DNA from: Planctomycetota bacterium
Lineage (GTDB): Bacteria; Planctomycetota; UBA1135; UBA2386
Assembly (NCBI GenBank): GCA_947501605.1
Contig: CANMWZ010000002.1
Coordinates: forward strand, 128,001 to 192,000
DNA: 64,000 nucleotides
Direction of reading: 5' to 3'
Shown: positions 40,056 through 50,333 of the stretch, in pieces
Numbering within the stretch: the first letter of the stretch is position 1
How the letters are laid out: the number at the start of each line of letters is the position of its first letter
Position numbers and translations under genes: made by a program
Notes under the pieces: model-generated
Told to the model about the DNA's origin: nothing
Seen by the model: the letters and a program-made list of their open reading frames with translations, nothing else
Databases searched by the model: none

Positions 40056-41741
40056 TTGGTGACGACCGCGCTCCTCCAGCAGGCATTGCAGCAGCACTTC
40101 GGCTTCGCTTCGTTCCGCGGCCAGCAGGAAGCTGTGATCCGCCACTTCCTCGACGGCGGTTCGGCCCTCGTCGTGATGGCGACGGGTGAGGGGAAATCGC
40201 TGTGCTACCAACTGCCGGCGCTGGTCGCACAGGGACTCACCGTGGTGGTCAGCCCGCTGATCGCACTGATGGACGACCAAGTGGCGGGCCTACAACGCCG
40301 CGGCATTGCCGCCACCTGCGTGCACAGCCTGCTCGAAAAACACGAACGAGAGGCTCGTCTCGCCGCCGTTCAGCGCGGTCAAGTACGCCTGCTCTACGTG
40401 ACGCCAGAGCGGTTCCGCGTTCCGGGTTTCCTGCAGCTCGCGCAAACAGTGCAGGTCGCGCGCCTCGCCATCGACGAGGCCCACTGCGTCAGCCACTGGG
40501 GTCACGACTTTCGACCCGACTACATGCAACTCGGCATCATCCGCAAAGCTCTCGGCAACCCGCCAGTGCTCGCGTTGACGGCAACCGCCACACCGGACGT
40601 GCAGACGGACATCCGCGAAGTACTGTCGCTGCAAGACGCGCCGCTGTTCCACACCGGCATCGAACGCGACAACCTGTTCGTGTCGGTACACGAGTGTGAT
40701 GGCGCGGAAGCAAAGCTCGCCCGCACCCAAGCGGTGCTGCAGCGCACTGGCGGCCCCGCCATCGTCTACTTTGCTCTGATCCAGGACCTCGCGCGCGCCG
40801 AGTCGCAGTTGCTGCGCCACGGTCACAAGCCGCTCGTCTACCACGGCGACCTCTCGGCCCACGAACGGACCACCCAGCAGCGCGCCTTCGAGCAGAGTCG
40901 CGATGCCCTGATCCTCGCCACCAACGCCTTCGGAATGGGCGTCGACAAGAGCAACATCCGCGCCATCGTCCATTGGCAGATCCCCAAGACGCTGGAGGCC
41001 TACTACCAGGAAATCGGGCGCGCCGGCCGCGACGGAGGCGGTTCGTTCTGCGAACTCCTGTGGCACGACGAGGATCTGCAGATCCAGCGCAGCTTCGTCG
41101 AATGGGCCAACCCTGGATCCGAGTTGCTGCTGCAGGTCGCGGTGCACCTAGCCGGCCTCGGCGATCGCATCCATGCCCTCGATCGCGACGACCTCGTCGG
41201 CACGTTCTTCGGCAAGAACCGCCGCGATGGCCGGATCGATACCTGCCTCCGGCTGCTGCGCACGGCGGGCTGTGTCACCGGCGACCTGGGCAGAGACCTC
41301 GCCTTCGTCCGCATGCCCACCCCCAGCGAAGTAGTGTCGTGGCTCCCGGACGACAAGCGGACTCATGACCTGCAAGGCCTGCTCGCGATGGTCCGCTACG
41401 CCAGCGCGGGCACGTGCCGGAAGCAGGCGATCCACGCGCACTTCGGCTTCCCGCAGACCGTGCCGTGCGGCACCTGCGATGTATGCGAGAACGGCGATAC
41501 CTGGATGACGCACAAGCTCCCGAACGAACTCGTCACCATTGCTCCGGTAGTCGCGGAGGAGATCGACGACCTGCCGGTTCAGCGTGGCGACTGGATCGAG
41601 GTCCAGGGTCTCGGGCTCTGCTGCGTCCGACGAGTCCACAAAACCCGCGGTTCGCTGCGAGCAGACGTCGAACAGGCCAGCGACCTAACAGAACGCAGCG
41701 TCGATCTGCTGCGTCGGCGATGGCGCAAGGTCCAAGGATGA
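40056..41741 (+). CDS. recQ: RecQ-family ATP-dependent DNA helicase
   Basis: FGFASFRGQQ, TGEGKSLCYQLP, SPLIALMDDQ, DEAHCVSHWGHDFRPDY, ATNAFGMGVDK, YYQEIGRAGRDG, CR..CGTCDVC. Confidence 0.92.
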   Translation: MVTTALLQQALQQHFGFASFRGQQEAVIRHFLDGGSALVVMATGEGKSLCYQLPALVAQGLTVVVSPLIALMDDQVAGLQRRGIAATCVHSLLEKHEREARLAAVQRGQVRLLYVTPERFRVPGFLQLAQTVQVARLAIDEAHCVSHWGHDFRPDYMQLGIIRKALGNPPVLALTATATPDVQTDIREVLSLQDAPLFHTGIERDNLFVSVHECDGAEAKLARTQAVLQRTGGPAIVYFALIQDLARAESQLLRHGHKPLVYHGDLSAHERTTQQRAFEQSRDALILATNAFGMGVDKSNIRAIVHWQIPKTLEAYYQEIGRAGRDGGGSFCELLWHDEDLQIQRSFVEWANPGSELLLQVAVHLAGLGDRIHALDRDDLVGTFFGKNRRDGRIDTCLRLLRTAGCVTGDLGRDLAFVRMPTPSEVVSWLPDDKRTHDLQGLLAMVRYASAGTCRKQAIHAHFGFPQTVPCGTCDVCENGDTWMTHKLPNELVTIAPVVAEEIDDLPVQRGDWIEVQGLGLCCVRRVHKTRGSLRADVEQASDLTERSVDLLRRRWRKVQG

Positions 41742-41751
41742 TGCGTGCGCC

Positions 41752-42117
41752 TCAGGGATCTTGGTCGGGAACGATGCCGGGGCACGTGCGCAGGACCAAA
41801 TGGCGCAATCGCTCGTCGGTTCGTAGTTCGGGCCAGAACGGCCACTCACGGCACTTGCGCGGCCGCGTGGCGTAAATCGAGCAGCCCGCTTCACGACCGT
41901 CTGCCAGGAAGACGCAGCGGTTGCCGAGGCCGTCTTTCAACGTTGCCCCGTCGGCCATCAGATAGCGCGAGCGGAACGCGGCAAGGTCGAGGCCGAGCTG
42001 TGCGGCAATGCGCGCCTGTTCTTCTTCGGTGACCCGAACGAAGCCGCCAGGGATCGCACAGCAGTTGCCGGAGCGCTTGCATGCGAACGCGAACGGAAAG
42101 CCCTGTTGCCGTTGCAT
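41752..42117 (-). CDS. YkgJ-family cysteine-cluster protein
   Basis: FACKRSGNCC, CVFL, CSIYATRPRKCREWPFW, CPG. Confidence 0.88.
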   Translation of the reverse strand: MQRQQGFPFAFACKRSGNCCAIPGGFVRVTEEEQARIAAQLGLDLAAFRSRYLMADGATLKDGLGNRCVFLADGREAGCSIYATRPRKCREWPFWPELRTDERLRHLVLRTCPGIVPDQDP

Positions 42118-42123
42118 GACCGA

Positions 42124-43191
42124 TCAGTTGCGCCGACGACGCCGACGCAGACTGCCGCCGGCAAGGCGAGGTTTGGGTCGGCCCTCTTGTTCCTCGTGCT
42201 CGCGCTGCAACCGCTTGGCCTCGAGCCACGCGCGAATGTCCTTCTCCAGCTGTGTGGGGTCTTGGAACCGAATCTCGCGCTCTTTCGCCATCATCTTCTC
42301 GATGAAGTAGTGGACCTGCGGCGACAAGGCGAGCGCGCGGAAGCGTTCGCCAGATAGCGACTCGAGGACTTGCCTCCGCAGGACGTCCTCACTGTCGCGA
42401 CCCTCGAAAGGCAGGGACCCTGTGACGAGGTGGTATAGCGTCGCGCCAAGCGCGTAGATGTCGGCGCGCACATCGAGTTCGCCCGATCCCCGCGCCTGCT
42501 CAGGGGCGATGTAGTGCACAGTGCCGGCGGTGGTATCGGAGCGCGTTTGCGCCTCATTGCCCTGGACGGCGAAGCCCAAGTCGATCAACACCGCACCCCG
42601 GTCGACAGACCAGATCACGTTGCCTGGCTTCACGTCGCGATGCACCAAGCCCCGTGCATGCAAGGCGACCAGGGCCGAGGCGATCTCGGCAGTGATTTCC
42701 AAGGCGTCTTCCTCGTCCAGCCGACCGTGCTCACGGAGCCGATCCTGAAGGCACTCGCCCGGAAGCTCCTCCATCGCGAAATAGAACGTCTCGCCTTCGC
42801 GGGCGACCCGCAGTCCGCGGACGATGTGCGGATGCTGCAGGTCCATGAGCAGCTTTGCCTCCTTCACGAAGCCCTCGACCTGGACCCTGTCCTTGCCGAG
42901 TTCCGCCCGCAGGACCTTCAACGCGACGATGCTGCCATCCGTCTTGTCGATTGCCCGGAAGACGCGCGCTGTGCCACCCTCGCCCAGCAGCTCCTTGACG
43001 TCGTAGCGGGCGAGTTGCGGCCTCGTGCCGCCGGCCGTGCCGCGCCACTCGTCCCACTGAGCCTGCGTGCAGCAACGGTGCTGAACCAGCCACCCACCAG
43101 GGTCTGAGGACTGCATCGCAGCACGGGCGCTCGATTCGTCGACGAGTCCGCGGTGCACGAGCATCGCCAGCAGCTGTAGGTCCTGGGTCAT
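42124..43191 (-). CDS. Soluble Ser/Thr protein kinase
   Basis: LGEGGTARVF, VALK, HRDVKPGN, DLG, GTVHYIAPE, DIYALG. Confidence 0.92.
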   Translation of the reverse strand: MTQDLQLLAMLVHRGLVDESSARAAMQSSDPGGWLVQHRCCTQAQWDEWRGTAGGTRPQLARYDVKELLGEGGTARVFRAIDKTDGSIVALKVLRAELGKDRVQVEGFVKEAKLLMDLQHPHIVRGLRVAREGETFYFAMEELPGECLQDRLREHGRLDEEDALEITAEIASALVALHARGLVHRDVKPGNVIWSVDRGAVLIDLGFAVQGNEAQTRSDTTAGTVHYIAPEQARGSGELDVRADIYALGATLYHLVTGSLPFEGRDSEDVLRRQVLESLSGERFRALALSPQVHYFIEKMMAKEREIRFQDPTQLEKDIRAWLEAKRLQREHEEQEGRPKPRLAGGSLRRRRRRN

Positions 43192-43305
43192 AGCTGCTCT
43201 TTCGTTCGCATGGGCAACAACTAACGTCGATCGAAGCTGTCTCTCGTCAAGTCGAGAGGGCCTTTGCTCCGATGAACTGCCAGTCGCCTTGCTTGGAGTG
43301 GATAC

Positions 43306-44661
43306 GTGAAGCATCCAGACGCGAGCTTTGTCATCAAGTACTTCGATTTGATCGACGAGTTCATCAAGGTTCGGTGCTGCTCGGAAGAGCTGCTTGCCGA
43401 ACTTCATTCAGCCTCTGTAACCAACAAGGCCTCCTACCGGGATCGGGTAGTGCGCGCCTGTGTTCCTACCTTCGAAAACGAGATCCTCGCGGCCGTCGGC
43501 CGCATGGACGAGGACTACGATCTCGAGATCGTCGAGGAGTTGCTCTACCAGATTTGCATCGACGTCAACCCGTCGCTGGAAATCCACCAGGTGAGCATCC
43601 CGTCGCCCGGCAACCCAGCCGAGAAGGCGCAGACCCTCGACCCCTTCGAGGCGCGACCTGGTAGTGATGCCGCACGGCAACAACTCTACCGACGGGTCAA
43701 CAGCCTGGAGCGCATGCTCCGAACCCAGATCATCGGTCAGGAGCAGGCCATCTCCTCACTGGCTCGCGCAGTGAAGAAGGCCGCCGTCGGACTCAAGCGT
43801 CCGAGCAGCCCGATCGGGACGTTCCTACTGGTCGGCCGTACGGGCACCGGCAAGACCGAACTGGCCAAGGCACTGGCGCGCAACCTCTTCGAGGACCCCA
43901 ACGCGATGATCCGTATCGACTGCAGCGAGTATGCGCTGCCGCACGAGTACGCGAAGCTCATCGGCGCTCCGCCTGGCTACATCGGCCACAACGAGGGCGG
44001 CATGCTGACCGAAGCCGTCAAGAAGCGCCCGAACTGCGTTGTGCTCTTCGACGAAGTCGAGAAGGCGCACTACAAGGTTCACAATCTGCTGTTGCAGTTG
44101 CTCGACGAGGGCATCATCACCGACAGCAAGGGGCAAACGGTGGCCTTCCATCAGGCGCTGATCCTGATGACCAGCAACCTGGGGATCGAGAAGATCGACG
44201 CGATCCGAACGCGCATGGGCTTCTCGGCAGCGAGCAAGCGCCAGAGCCTGAGCGACGTCGATCTGGGAACGGTCACCAACGAAGCGCTACGCGACTTCTT
44301 CCGTCCTGAGTTCATCAACCGCATCGACGAAGTGGTGATGTTCAACCCATTGGACGTGAAGGTGTGCGAGCGCATCGCCGGAAACATGCTCCGCGAGGTC
44401 GCCGACCTGCTGAAGAAGCGCGGAATCGGCGCGACCTTCTCGCCGGGCGTCCGCGTGCAGCTCGCCAAGCTCGGATTCTCCGAAGAGTACGGCGCGCGCG
44501 AGCTCCGTCGTTTGATGAAGCGCCGCATCGAGGATCCGATCACGGAGTTGATCCTCGACAACGACCTGGGAACGGGTGCGTGCATCAACGTCCGCCTTCG
44601 CAGCGGTGAGTTCGCGTTCTCATCGACCACCGGTCGCGCCGCCAACCTCCAACCGGCCTGA
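43306..44661 (+). CDS. Clp-type AAA+ ATPase with only the D2 module and an unrecognised N-domain
   Basis: IIGQEQAI, GRTGTGKTELAK, RIDCSEY, LIGAPPGYIG, LFDEVEKAH, MTSNLG, FRPEFINRID, YGARELRR. Confidence 0.9.
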   Translation: MKHPDASFVIKYFDLIDEFIKVRCCSEELLAELHSASVTNKASYRDRVVRACVPTFENEILAAVGRMDEDYDLEIVEELLYQICIDVNPSLEIHQVSIPSPGNPAEKAQTLDPFEARPGSDAARQQLYRRVNSLERMLRTQIIGQEQAISSLARAVKKAAVGLKRPSSPIGTFLLVGRTGTGKTELAKALARNLFEDPNAMIRIDCSEYALPHEYAKLIGAPPGYIGHNEGGMLTEAVKKRPNCVVLFDEVEKAHYKVHNLLLQLLDEGIITDSKGQTVAFHQALILMTSNLGIEKIDAIRTRMGFSAASKRQSLSDVDLGTVTNEALRDFFRPEFINRIDEVVMFNPLDVKVCERIAGNMLREVADLLKKRGIGATFSPGVRVQLAKLGFSEEYGARELRRLMKRRIEDPITELILDNDLGTGACINVRLRSGEFAFSSTTGRAANLQPA

Positions 44662-44720
44662 GTGGCCGGTCGTTGCGACCGGCTGTTTACACGCAGCCCG
44701 GCCGCCGGCATCGTCCCGGC

Positions 44721-46145
44721 ATGCCGACAGGCCACTGCAGTCTCCTGTTCACGTTCCTCTTCGCGGCTGCCTTCCAGGACCCTGGTGTGCGCACTGCCGG
44801 CGGTGTCGATCCGGCGGATGCCTCAGCGGCGCTGGCCCGCTACACCAGCGAACACGGCGATCGCGTAGTCACGCGCGGCGATGTCGCGTTGGAAATGGCC
44901 TTCCACCTCCGGCGCAAGGACGACGGCCGGGCTGCGTGCGCACAACTGGTGAAGTCTGCACTCGTTCGCCGTGCGGCAGCTCGTGAAGGCGTATGGCCTG
45001 GGTCCACCGCTCTTCAAGCTCGGTGGAACGAACTGCGGAGCCAGATGAAGGCTGCGGGCCGCGATCCGGACAAAGAACCCCTGCTGCGCAACTGCCCCGA
45101 GTCGGTGCTGCTCGACTACCTCGCTGTCGATCTAGCGCACGAGCAACTCGTCCGCCGCGAGCTGTCGCTGTCGAAGCAGGAACAGGTCAGCCCGGCGATG
45201 CTCGAGCTGTGGGTCAAAGAAGCGCGCGAGAGCGCCCGCATCATCGATGACCCCGACCAACTGCCGATCGGCACCGCGGCAAAGCTCGGCGACGACGGCC
45301 TTCCCCTGCTCGATCTCGGCATGCTGCTTCTGCGCAGTAGCGACCACGCGGAGATCGACAAGTTCGTGCGCCAAGTCGTTGTACTCGATTGCATCGAAGA
45401 CACGGCTCGCAGTGAGGGAGTCGAGGCTCTGGCCGAAGATCTCCGCATGGAGATCGACATGCGCAAGACCATGGCGGATCGCGATCCGCGCTTCGGCGGA
45501 TTGTCCTTCGAACAACTGCTGCGGGCCCAAGGCCTGACTCCGGACTGGCTGCTGCAGTCGCGGGTGTTTCGCGCGCAGATTCTGCAGAAGAAGGTGATCG
45601 CCAAGCGCCATCCAAAGTCGCAGTTGCTGGCTCGTCTCGCCAGTGATCGGTCGGGTGAACTGGAGCAGTTTGGCGCCCGGCGCCGACTGGCGATCGTGTT
45701 CCTTCGCGCACTCGACGAACCCAATGCAATCGTCCCCCGCGACTTCGACAAGGCGCTCGCCGACCTCGCAATCGTGAGCGCTCGACTCGCGAAAGAGTCC
45801 TTCGAATCCGTAGCGCGGATCGAGAGCGACGACCCCGGCACCAAAATGCGCGGCGGCGACTGCGGGTGGCTGCAGCGGCGCTCACGCGACCTGCCCGAGC
45901 CGGTGCTGGCGGCCGCCTTTGCCCTCAGCAGCGGCGGGGTGTCGGAACCGATCCGAGCTGACGACGGTTGCTATCTGGTCAAGCTGATGGGCGTCGAGCC
46001 CACACTCGACGACGATTCGGTCATCGCACGCATGCGCGAGCAGCTGGTCGAGGACTACACGCGGGAGCTGCTGAAGGAGGCGAACATTCGCCGCGCCGAT
46101 GGCACTCGACTCGACGGCAACGACACCACCGAGGGCCGGAAGTGA
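44721..46145 (+). CDS. Secreted PpiC/parvulin-type peptidyl-prolyl isomerase (SurA/PrsA-like)
   Basis: Signal peptide; FESVARIESDD..TKMRGGDCGW...AAFAL..GGVSEPI..DDGCYLVK. Confidence 0.8.
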   Translation: MPTGHCSLLFTFLFAAAFQDPGVRTAGGVDPADASAALARYTSEHGDRVVTRGDVALEMAFHLRRKDDGRAACAQLVKSALVRRAAAREGVWPGSTALQARWNELRSQMKAAGRDPDKEPLLRNCPESVLLDYLAVDLAHEQLVRRELSLSKQEQVSPAMLELWVKEARESARIIDDPDQLPIGTAAKLGDDGLPLLDLGMLLLRSSDHAEIDKFVRQVVVLDCIEDTARSEGVEALAEDLRMEIDMRKTMADRDPRFGGLSFEQLLRAQGLTPDWLLQSRVFRAQILQKKVIAKRHPKSQLLARLASDRSGELEQFGARRRLAIVFLRALDEPNAIVPRDFDKALADLAIVSARLAKESFESVARIESDDPGTKMRGGDCGWLQRRSRDLPEPVLAAAFALSSGGVSEPIRADDGCYLVKLMGVEPTLDDDSVIARMREQLVEDYTRELLKEANIRRADGTRLDGNDTTEGRK

Positions 46146-46930
46146 GCACGCTGCAAGAGTTGCGTCTCGTCGCGAACGGCTCAGAGCTTGTCGCCACCGC
46201 TCCCACCGGCAGTTGGTTCGTCGAGCTGCGCCGCGTGCGCATCGACACTCCACTCCTCCGCACGACGGGCGTCGGCGAGAGCTGCGCGTTGTTGCTCTCG
46301 GGCACCTTCGACTTGCGCGGCGGCCACACGCAATGGCAGAGTCGAGGCGCGCGCAAGTCGGAGTTCGAAGGCCGACCCGTCGCCGTGTTCTTGCCGCCGC
46401 ACACGGAGTTCGCTGCCGACAATGGCACAGGTGCGATTCTGTTCGTGGAAGCGCGACAACCAAGCGCGCTGCCAGCGACCGGCCGCGCGGCGCTTCGCCA
46501 GAGTCCGCTGTTGCCGCTCGCCGGCAGTGGCAAATCGTTCGATCCGACGATTGGCGAGTGGATGCCAGCTGAGTCGTTCCCAACCGCGGCCGAGTCGCTG
46601 CCCCCGCGGCGCATCGCCCAACTTCAGTGCGGACTGGTCCGCGTCGAGCGCGTGTTCGCGGCCGAATACAAGGCGATGTCGCTCGTCGTCGACGAAGCTG
46701 TGGTGCAGGGCGGGACCGCATGGGATCTCGCGGATCTGCCACTGCCGGCGTCGGCAACGGAAGCCCTGATCTACGTCCGCAGCGATGGCAAGGTAACGAT
46801 CAGCCTCGGCAATGAAGCAGTGACAGTGCAGGGCGAGAGCGTCGTGCATGCCACCGGGGCTATCGGCCGTCTCTGCATCGGGGCGTCGAGCGCTGCGGCC
46901 TACGCCGTCGTCGCCAGCACCAAGCAATGA
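46142..46930 (+). CDS. IolB/KduI-like cupin, apparently degenerate
   Basis: ESCALLLSG...GARKSEFEGRPVAVFLPP, VERVF...SLVVDEAVVQGG; GTGA overlap with the PPIase stop. Confidence 0.6.
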   Translation: MSTLQELRLVANGSELVATAPTGSWFVELRRVRIDTPLLRTTGVGESCALLLSGTFDLRGGHTQWQSRGARKSEFEGRPVAVFLPPHTEFAADNGTGAILFVEARQPSALPATGRAALRQSPLLPLAGSGKSFDPTIGEWMPAESFPTAAESLPPRRIAQLQCGLVRVERVFAAEYKAMSLVVDEAVVQGGTAWDLADLPLPASATEALIYVRSDGKVTISLGNEAVTVQGESVVHATGAIGRLCIGASSAAAYAVVASTKQ

Positions 46931-46954
46931 GCGGAACGGCGAGCGCAGCCGACC

Positions 46955-47395
46955 TCAGTCGAGATACTGGCCAACCCAGGCTTCGAGCTGCGACTGCGTC
47001 ATCGCTCCACTTTGCCGTGCGAACTCGACTCCGTTGCGAAACAGGAGCAGCGCAGGAATGCCACGGATCGAGAACGGTGCAACCACGGAGGGCTCGGCCT
47101 CGGTGTCGACTTTGGCAAACTGAACGCGACCTTGCAGCACACCCGCAGCAGCGTCGAAGTGCGGCGCCATCATCCGACACGGCCCGCACCAACCAGCCCA
47201 GAAGTCGACGAGCACCGGCAACTCGCAAGCAGCGAGGTACGGCGTAAACGTCGCGCTACCGAGTTCGATGGGATGGTCGGTCAGGAGCTTCGTGCGACAC
47301 GTGTGGCATACCGGCACATCCGCAAGCCGCGCTCGCGGCACGCGGTTCTTCGCGAGGCACTTGGAACACGGCAACACGATGTTCGGGACCTTCAT
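46955..47395 (-). CDS. trxC: Thioredoxin 2 with N-terminal Zn finger
   Basis: CSKC..NRVP..CHTC plus VDFWAGWCGPC, IRGIP. Confidence 0.93.
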   Translation of the reverse strand: MKVPNIVLPCSKCLAKNRVPRARLADVPVCHTCRTKLLTDHPIELGSATFTPYLAACELPVLVDFWAGWCGPCRMMAPHFDAAAGVLQGRVQFAKVDTEAEPSVVAPFSIRGIPALLLFRNGVEFARQSGAMTQSQLEAWVGQYLD

Positions 47396-47447
47396 GCGGA
47401 CCTCCTAGGCCAGAACACAACCGCACCCATCGCCCACCGACATCGAG

Positions 47448-48353
47448 TCAGCGACCGGAAGCGAACGCCGCGATAACCACCACGTCGCCGCCACCTTCGA
47501 GAGTCAACTTGGTCCCGGGTGCCTGGAAGTCCTTCGGCAGGTAGCCGAGCCCGCGGCGGCGCGCATGCTGGGGAACCGGTACCGCCGCCATCACGCGCCC
47601 AACCTGGAGATCGTCCTCGCACTCGTGCAGCACCACGGGTGCGTCGAGGCGGGGCCCCTCGACAAGGTCCAACAGGCACAAGGCACGGTTGGTGTGCCCG
47701 TAGGTGTGGACACGCGCGATGATCTCCTGGCCCGTGTAACAACCCTTGGTCGTCGAGCAGTGGTCGTCGAGGTCCGCTTCGAGCGCGAGCGTAGTCGCCT
47801 CGGTGTCGACTCCGACTTTGACGATGCCTGCTGCCATCCGAAAGCAATCCGCCAGATCGACGTCGAGTGCACTGCCCTGCAAGTTGGGTGCAAGCGCCGC
47901 GTCGGCCACATGGCAGCGCACAAACGCAACCCCGTAGCGCGTCCAGGCAAATCTCATCGCGTGCAGAGGCAGCGGCTCTGGTGTGCCTGACCGGGCGATC
48001 CACTCGCTGCACCCCGCGGCGGGCGACGGCACACCGATGGTCAACTTCTCACTGAAGTGGTAGCGCTGGCACAGCTGCACCAGCCGGTCCGCCTGGTGGG
48101 CTTGGACTTCGATGTGGAAGACCTCCGCCAACCGTTGCACGAGACAGGTGACGAGCACCTTCCCCTTGCTGTCGAGGAAGGTCGCGGGTGCCACAACCCC
48201 CTCGGCCAAACCGCGGACGTCCTGGCTGCATAGCCGCTGCAGAAAGTCGGCAGCATCCGGGCCAGCCACCGACACGAGGCAGAACGGTGCACCGGTACGA
48301 ACGAACGGCCCGCGAGCAAGCAGTTCCGAAATGAGAGGATCGCAAACGTTCAT
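47448..48353 (-). CDS. ygfZ: Folate-binding Fe-S assembly/repair protein YgfZ (GcvT family)
   Basis: GPDAADFLQRL, signature KGCYTGQEIIAR. Confidence 0.88.
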   Translation of the reverse strand: MNVCDPLISELLARGPFVRTGAPFCLVSVAGPDAADFLQRLCSQDVRGLAEGVVAPATFLDSKGKVLVTCLVQRLAEVFHIEVQAHQADRLVQLCQRYHFSEKLTIGVPSPAAGCSEWIARSGTPEPLPLHAMRFAWTRYGVAFVRCHVADAALAPNLQGSALDVDLADCFRMAAGIVKVGVDTEATTLALEADLDDHCSTTKGCYTGQEIIARVHTYGHTNRALCLLDLVEGPRLDAPVVLHECEDDLQVGRVMAAVPVPQHARRRGLGYLPKDFQAPGTKLTLEGGGDVVVIAAFASGR

Positions 48354-48431
48354 GGCATCGATCGTTCGAGCGCGCACGGCGGTCGGGCAGTGAATGTGCC
48401 CGATTGCGGGGCTTTTTCACGCCGATCCTTG

Positions 48432-48459
48432 TAAAGAGCACCAAACTAGACCTATTTTA
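48432..48459. promoter_or_regulatory. Putative Rrf2 operator (AT-rich imperfect palindrome)
   Basis: TAAAGAGCACCAAACTAGACCTATTTTA in a GC-rich genome, about 25 bp upstream of the Rrf2 gene; 14 of 25 core positions are self-complementary. Confidence 0.6.
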
Positions 48460-48485
48460 TCCGCCTCGTTCCAGTCGTCGACCGC

Positions 48486-49070
48486 ATGCTCCGAATCTCG
48501 AAGAAAGCCGACTACGCAGTGTTCTTGTTGGGCGCCATCGCCCGACAAGGGGCCTACCCCGGCGGTAGCGCCGCCGACAGCGTCGTCAGCGCGCACGAGA
48601 TCGCCCGTCAGGCCAACCTCAACAAGTCCGTCGTTGCGAACTTGCTGAAGTGTTTCGCCAAGGACGGGTTGCTGCTGTCGGTTCGGGGCCTCAAGGGCGG
48701 CTACAGACTCAGCCGCACGCCGCATGAAGTGACCCTCGGTGACGTCCTGCAGGTGATTGATGGCCCCTTCAACTTGGTCGACTGCATTCGCCTTCCCGAG
48801 GACAGCGGGAGCGCCGACGACCACCACTGCAGCCTGATCTCGTTCTGCCCGACCAAGAACCCGATGCGCATCGTGCACGACCGCATCGAACGCTTGTTCG
48901 CCGAAATCACACTCGCGGAGATGTCCGGTATGCAGGGTTGCCCAGCCACCCCGGTGTCCTTCGCCGCGTCCCCTGCGTCGACCCAGCACACGACTGCTGC
49001 TGCCAACAACATCCAGGCTCCCCAAAGCAGCGCGGCTCCTTCAAACCACCTGGCCAACGCCCGCCGATGA
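48486..49070 (+). CDS. iscR: Rrf2-family Fe-S cluster assembly regulator (IscR position)
   Basis: [22 protein letters not shown], three Cys (LVDC...HCSLISFC); first gene of the isc operon. Symbol assigned by position. Confidence 0.85.
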   Translation: MLRISKKADYAVFLLGAIARQGAYPGGSAADSVVSAHEIARQANLNKSVVANLLKCFAKDGLLLSVRGLKGGYRLSRTPHEVTLGDVLQVIDGPFNLVDCIRLPEDSGSADDHHCSLISFCPTKNPMRIVHDRIERLFAEITLAEMSGMQGCPATPVSFAASPASTQHTTAAANNIQAPQSSAAPSNHLANARR

Positions 49071-50281
49071 AGACCCCGATTTACCTCGACTACAGCGCAA
49101 CAACGCCGTGCGACCCTCGGGTCGTCGAGCGCATGTTGCCATTCTTCACGGAGACGTTCGGGAACTCTGCGAGTCGCAGTCATTCGTTCGGCTGGACGGC
49201 CGAAGCAGCCGTCGAGAATGCTCGCGAACAGGTTGCCGAACTGATCCACGCGCATCCTAAGGAGGTGTTGTGGACCAGCGGTTCCACCGAGGCCAACAAC
49301 CTCGCGATCAAAGGCGTGGCGGAGATGTACCGGCAAAAGGGCAACCACCTCATCACGGCGATCACCGAACACAAGGCGGTGCTCGATCCGATGAAGCACC
49401 TCGAGTCCCAGGGCTTTGAGGTCACCTGGCTGCCCGTCGATGGCAAGGGCCGAGTGGACCTCGGACAGCTCGCCGCCGCGCTGACCGAGCGCACCTTGCT
49501 GGTGTCCTTGATGGCAGCCAACAACGAGATCGGCACCGTTCATCCACTCCGCGAGATCGGCAAGCTCTGCAAGCAGAAGGGTGTGCTGTTCCACACCGAT
49601 GCGACCCAGGCACCTGGCCGCATGGAACTCGATGTCGAGGCGCAGGGCATCGACCTGATGTCTCTGTCGGCCCACAAGTTCTACGGCCCCAAGGGTGTCG
49701 GCGCGCTCTACGTGCGGCGGAAGAACCCGCGGGTTCGACTAGCTGCCCAAATGGACGGTGGCGGCCACGAACGCGGCATGCGCTCGGGCACCCTCAACGT
49801 GACCGGCATTGTCGGCATGGGCGCAGCGGCAGCACTCGCCCGAACGGAGATGGCAGGAGAGACTGCACGACTCCGCGCGCTGCGGGATCGCCTCGAAGCG
49901 CGGTTGCTGCGAGGCTTCCCCGAGGCCGTCATCAACGGCGACATCGCCTCGCGGCTGCCGCACCTCGCCAACGTTTCATTCCCGTATGTCGAGGGAGAGT
50001 CGCTGATCATGGGCATCAAGGACCTTGCGGTGTCATCAGGATCAGCCTGTACCTCCGCGAGCCTGGAACCAAGCTACGTGCTGAAAGGCCTCGGCCTTGG
50101 TGACGAACTCGCCCACAGCTCGATCCGATTCTCCCTTGGTCGCTTTACCACCGAAGCCGAGGTCGACTTCGCCGCCGACCGCGTGATCACGGAAGCTATG
50201 CGCCTGCGCGACATGTCCCCGCTCTGGGAGATGGTCCAGGAGGGAATCGACCTGAGCAAGGTCAAGTGGACCGCGCACTGA
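49067..50281 (+). CDS. iscS: Cysteine desulfurase
   Basis: [58 protein letters not shown]...KWTAH. Confidence 0.97.
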   Translation: MKTPIYLDYSATTPCDPRVVERMLPFFTETFGNSASRSHSFGWTAEAAVENAREQVAELIHAHPKEVLWTSGSTEANNLAIKGVAEMYRQKGNHLITAITEHKAVLDPMKHLESQGFEVTWLPVDGKGRVDLGQLAAALTERTLLVSLMAANNEIGTVHPLREIGKLCKQKGVLFHTDATQAPGRMELDVEAQGIDLMSLSAHKFYGPKGVGALYVRRKNPRVRLAAQMDGGGHERGMRSGTLNVTGIVGMGAAAALARTEMAGETARLRALRDRLEARLLRGFPEAVINGDIASRLPHLANVSFPYVEGESLIMGIKDLAVSSGSACTSASLEPSYVLKGLGLGDELAHSSIRFSLGRFTTEAEVDFAADRVITEAMRLRDMSPLWEMVQEGIDLSKVKWTAH

Positions 50282-50333
50282 TCCTAGAACTCACAATCAC
50301 CCCCGAACCACTGCTCGAACGAGACAACCAGCC

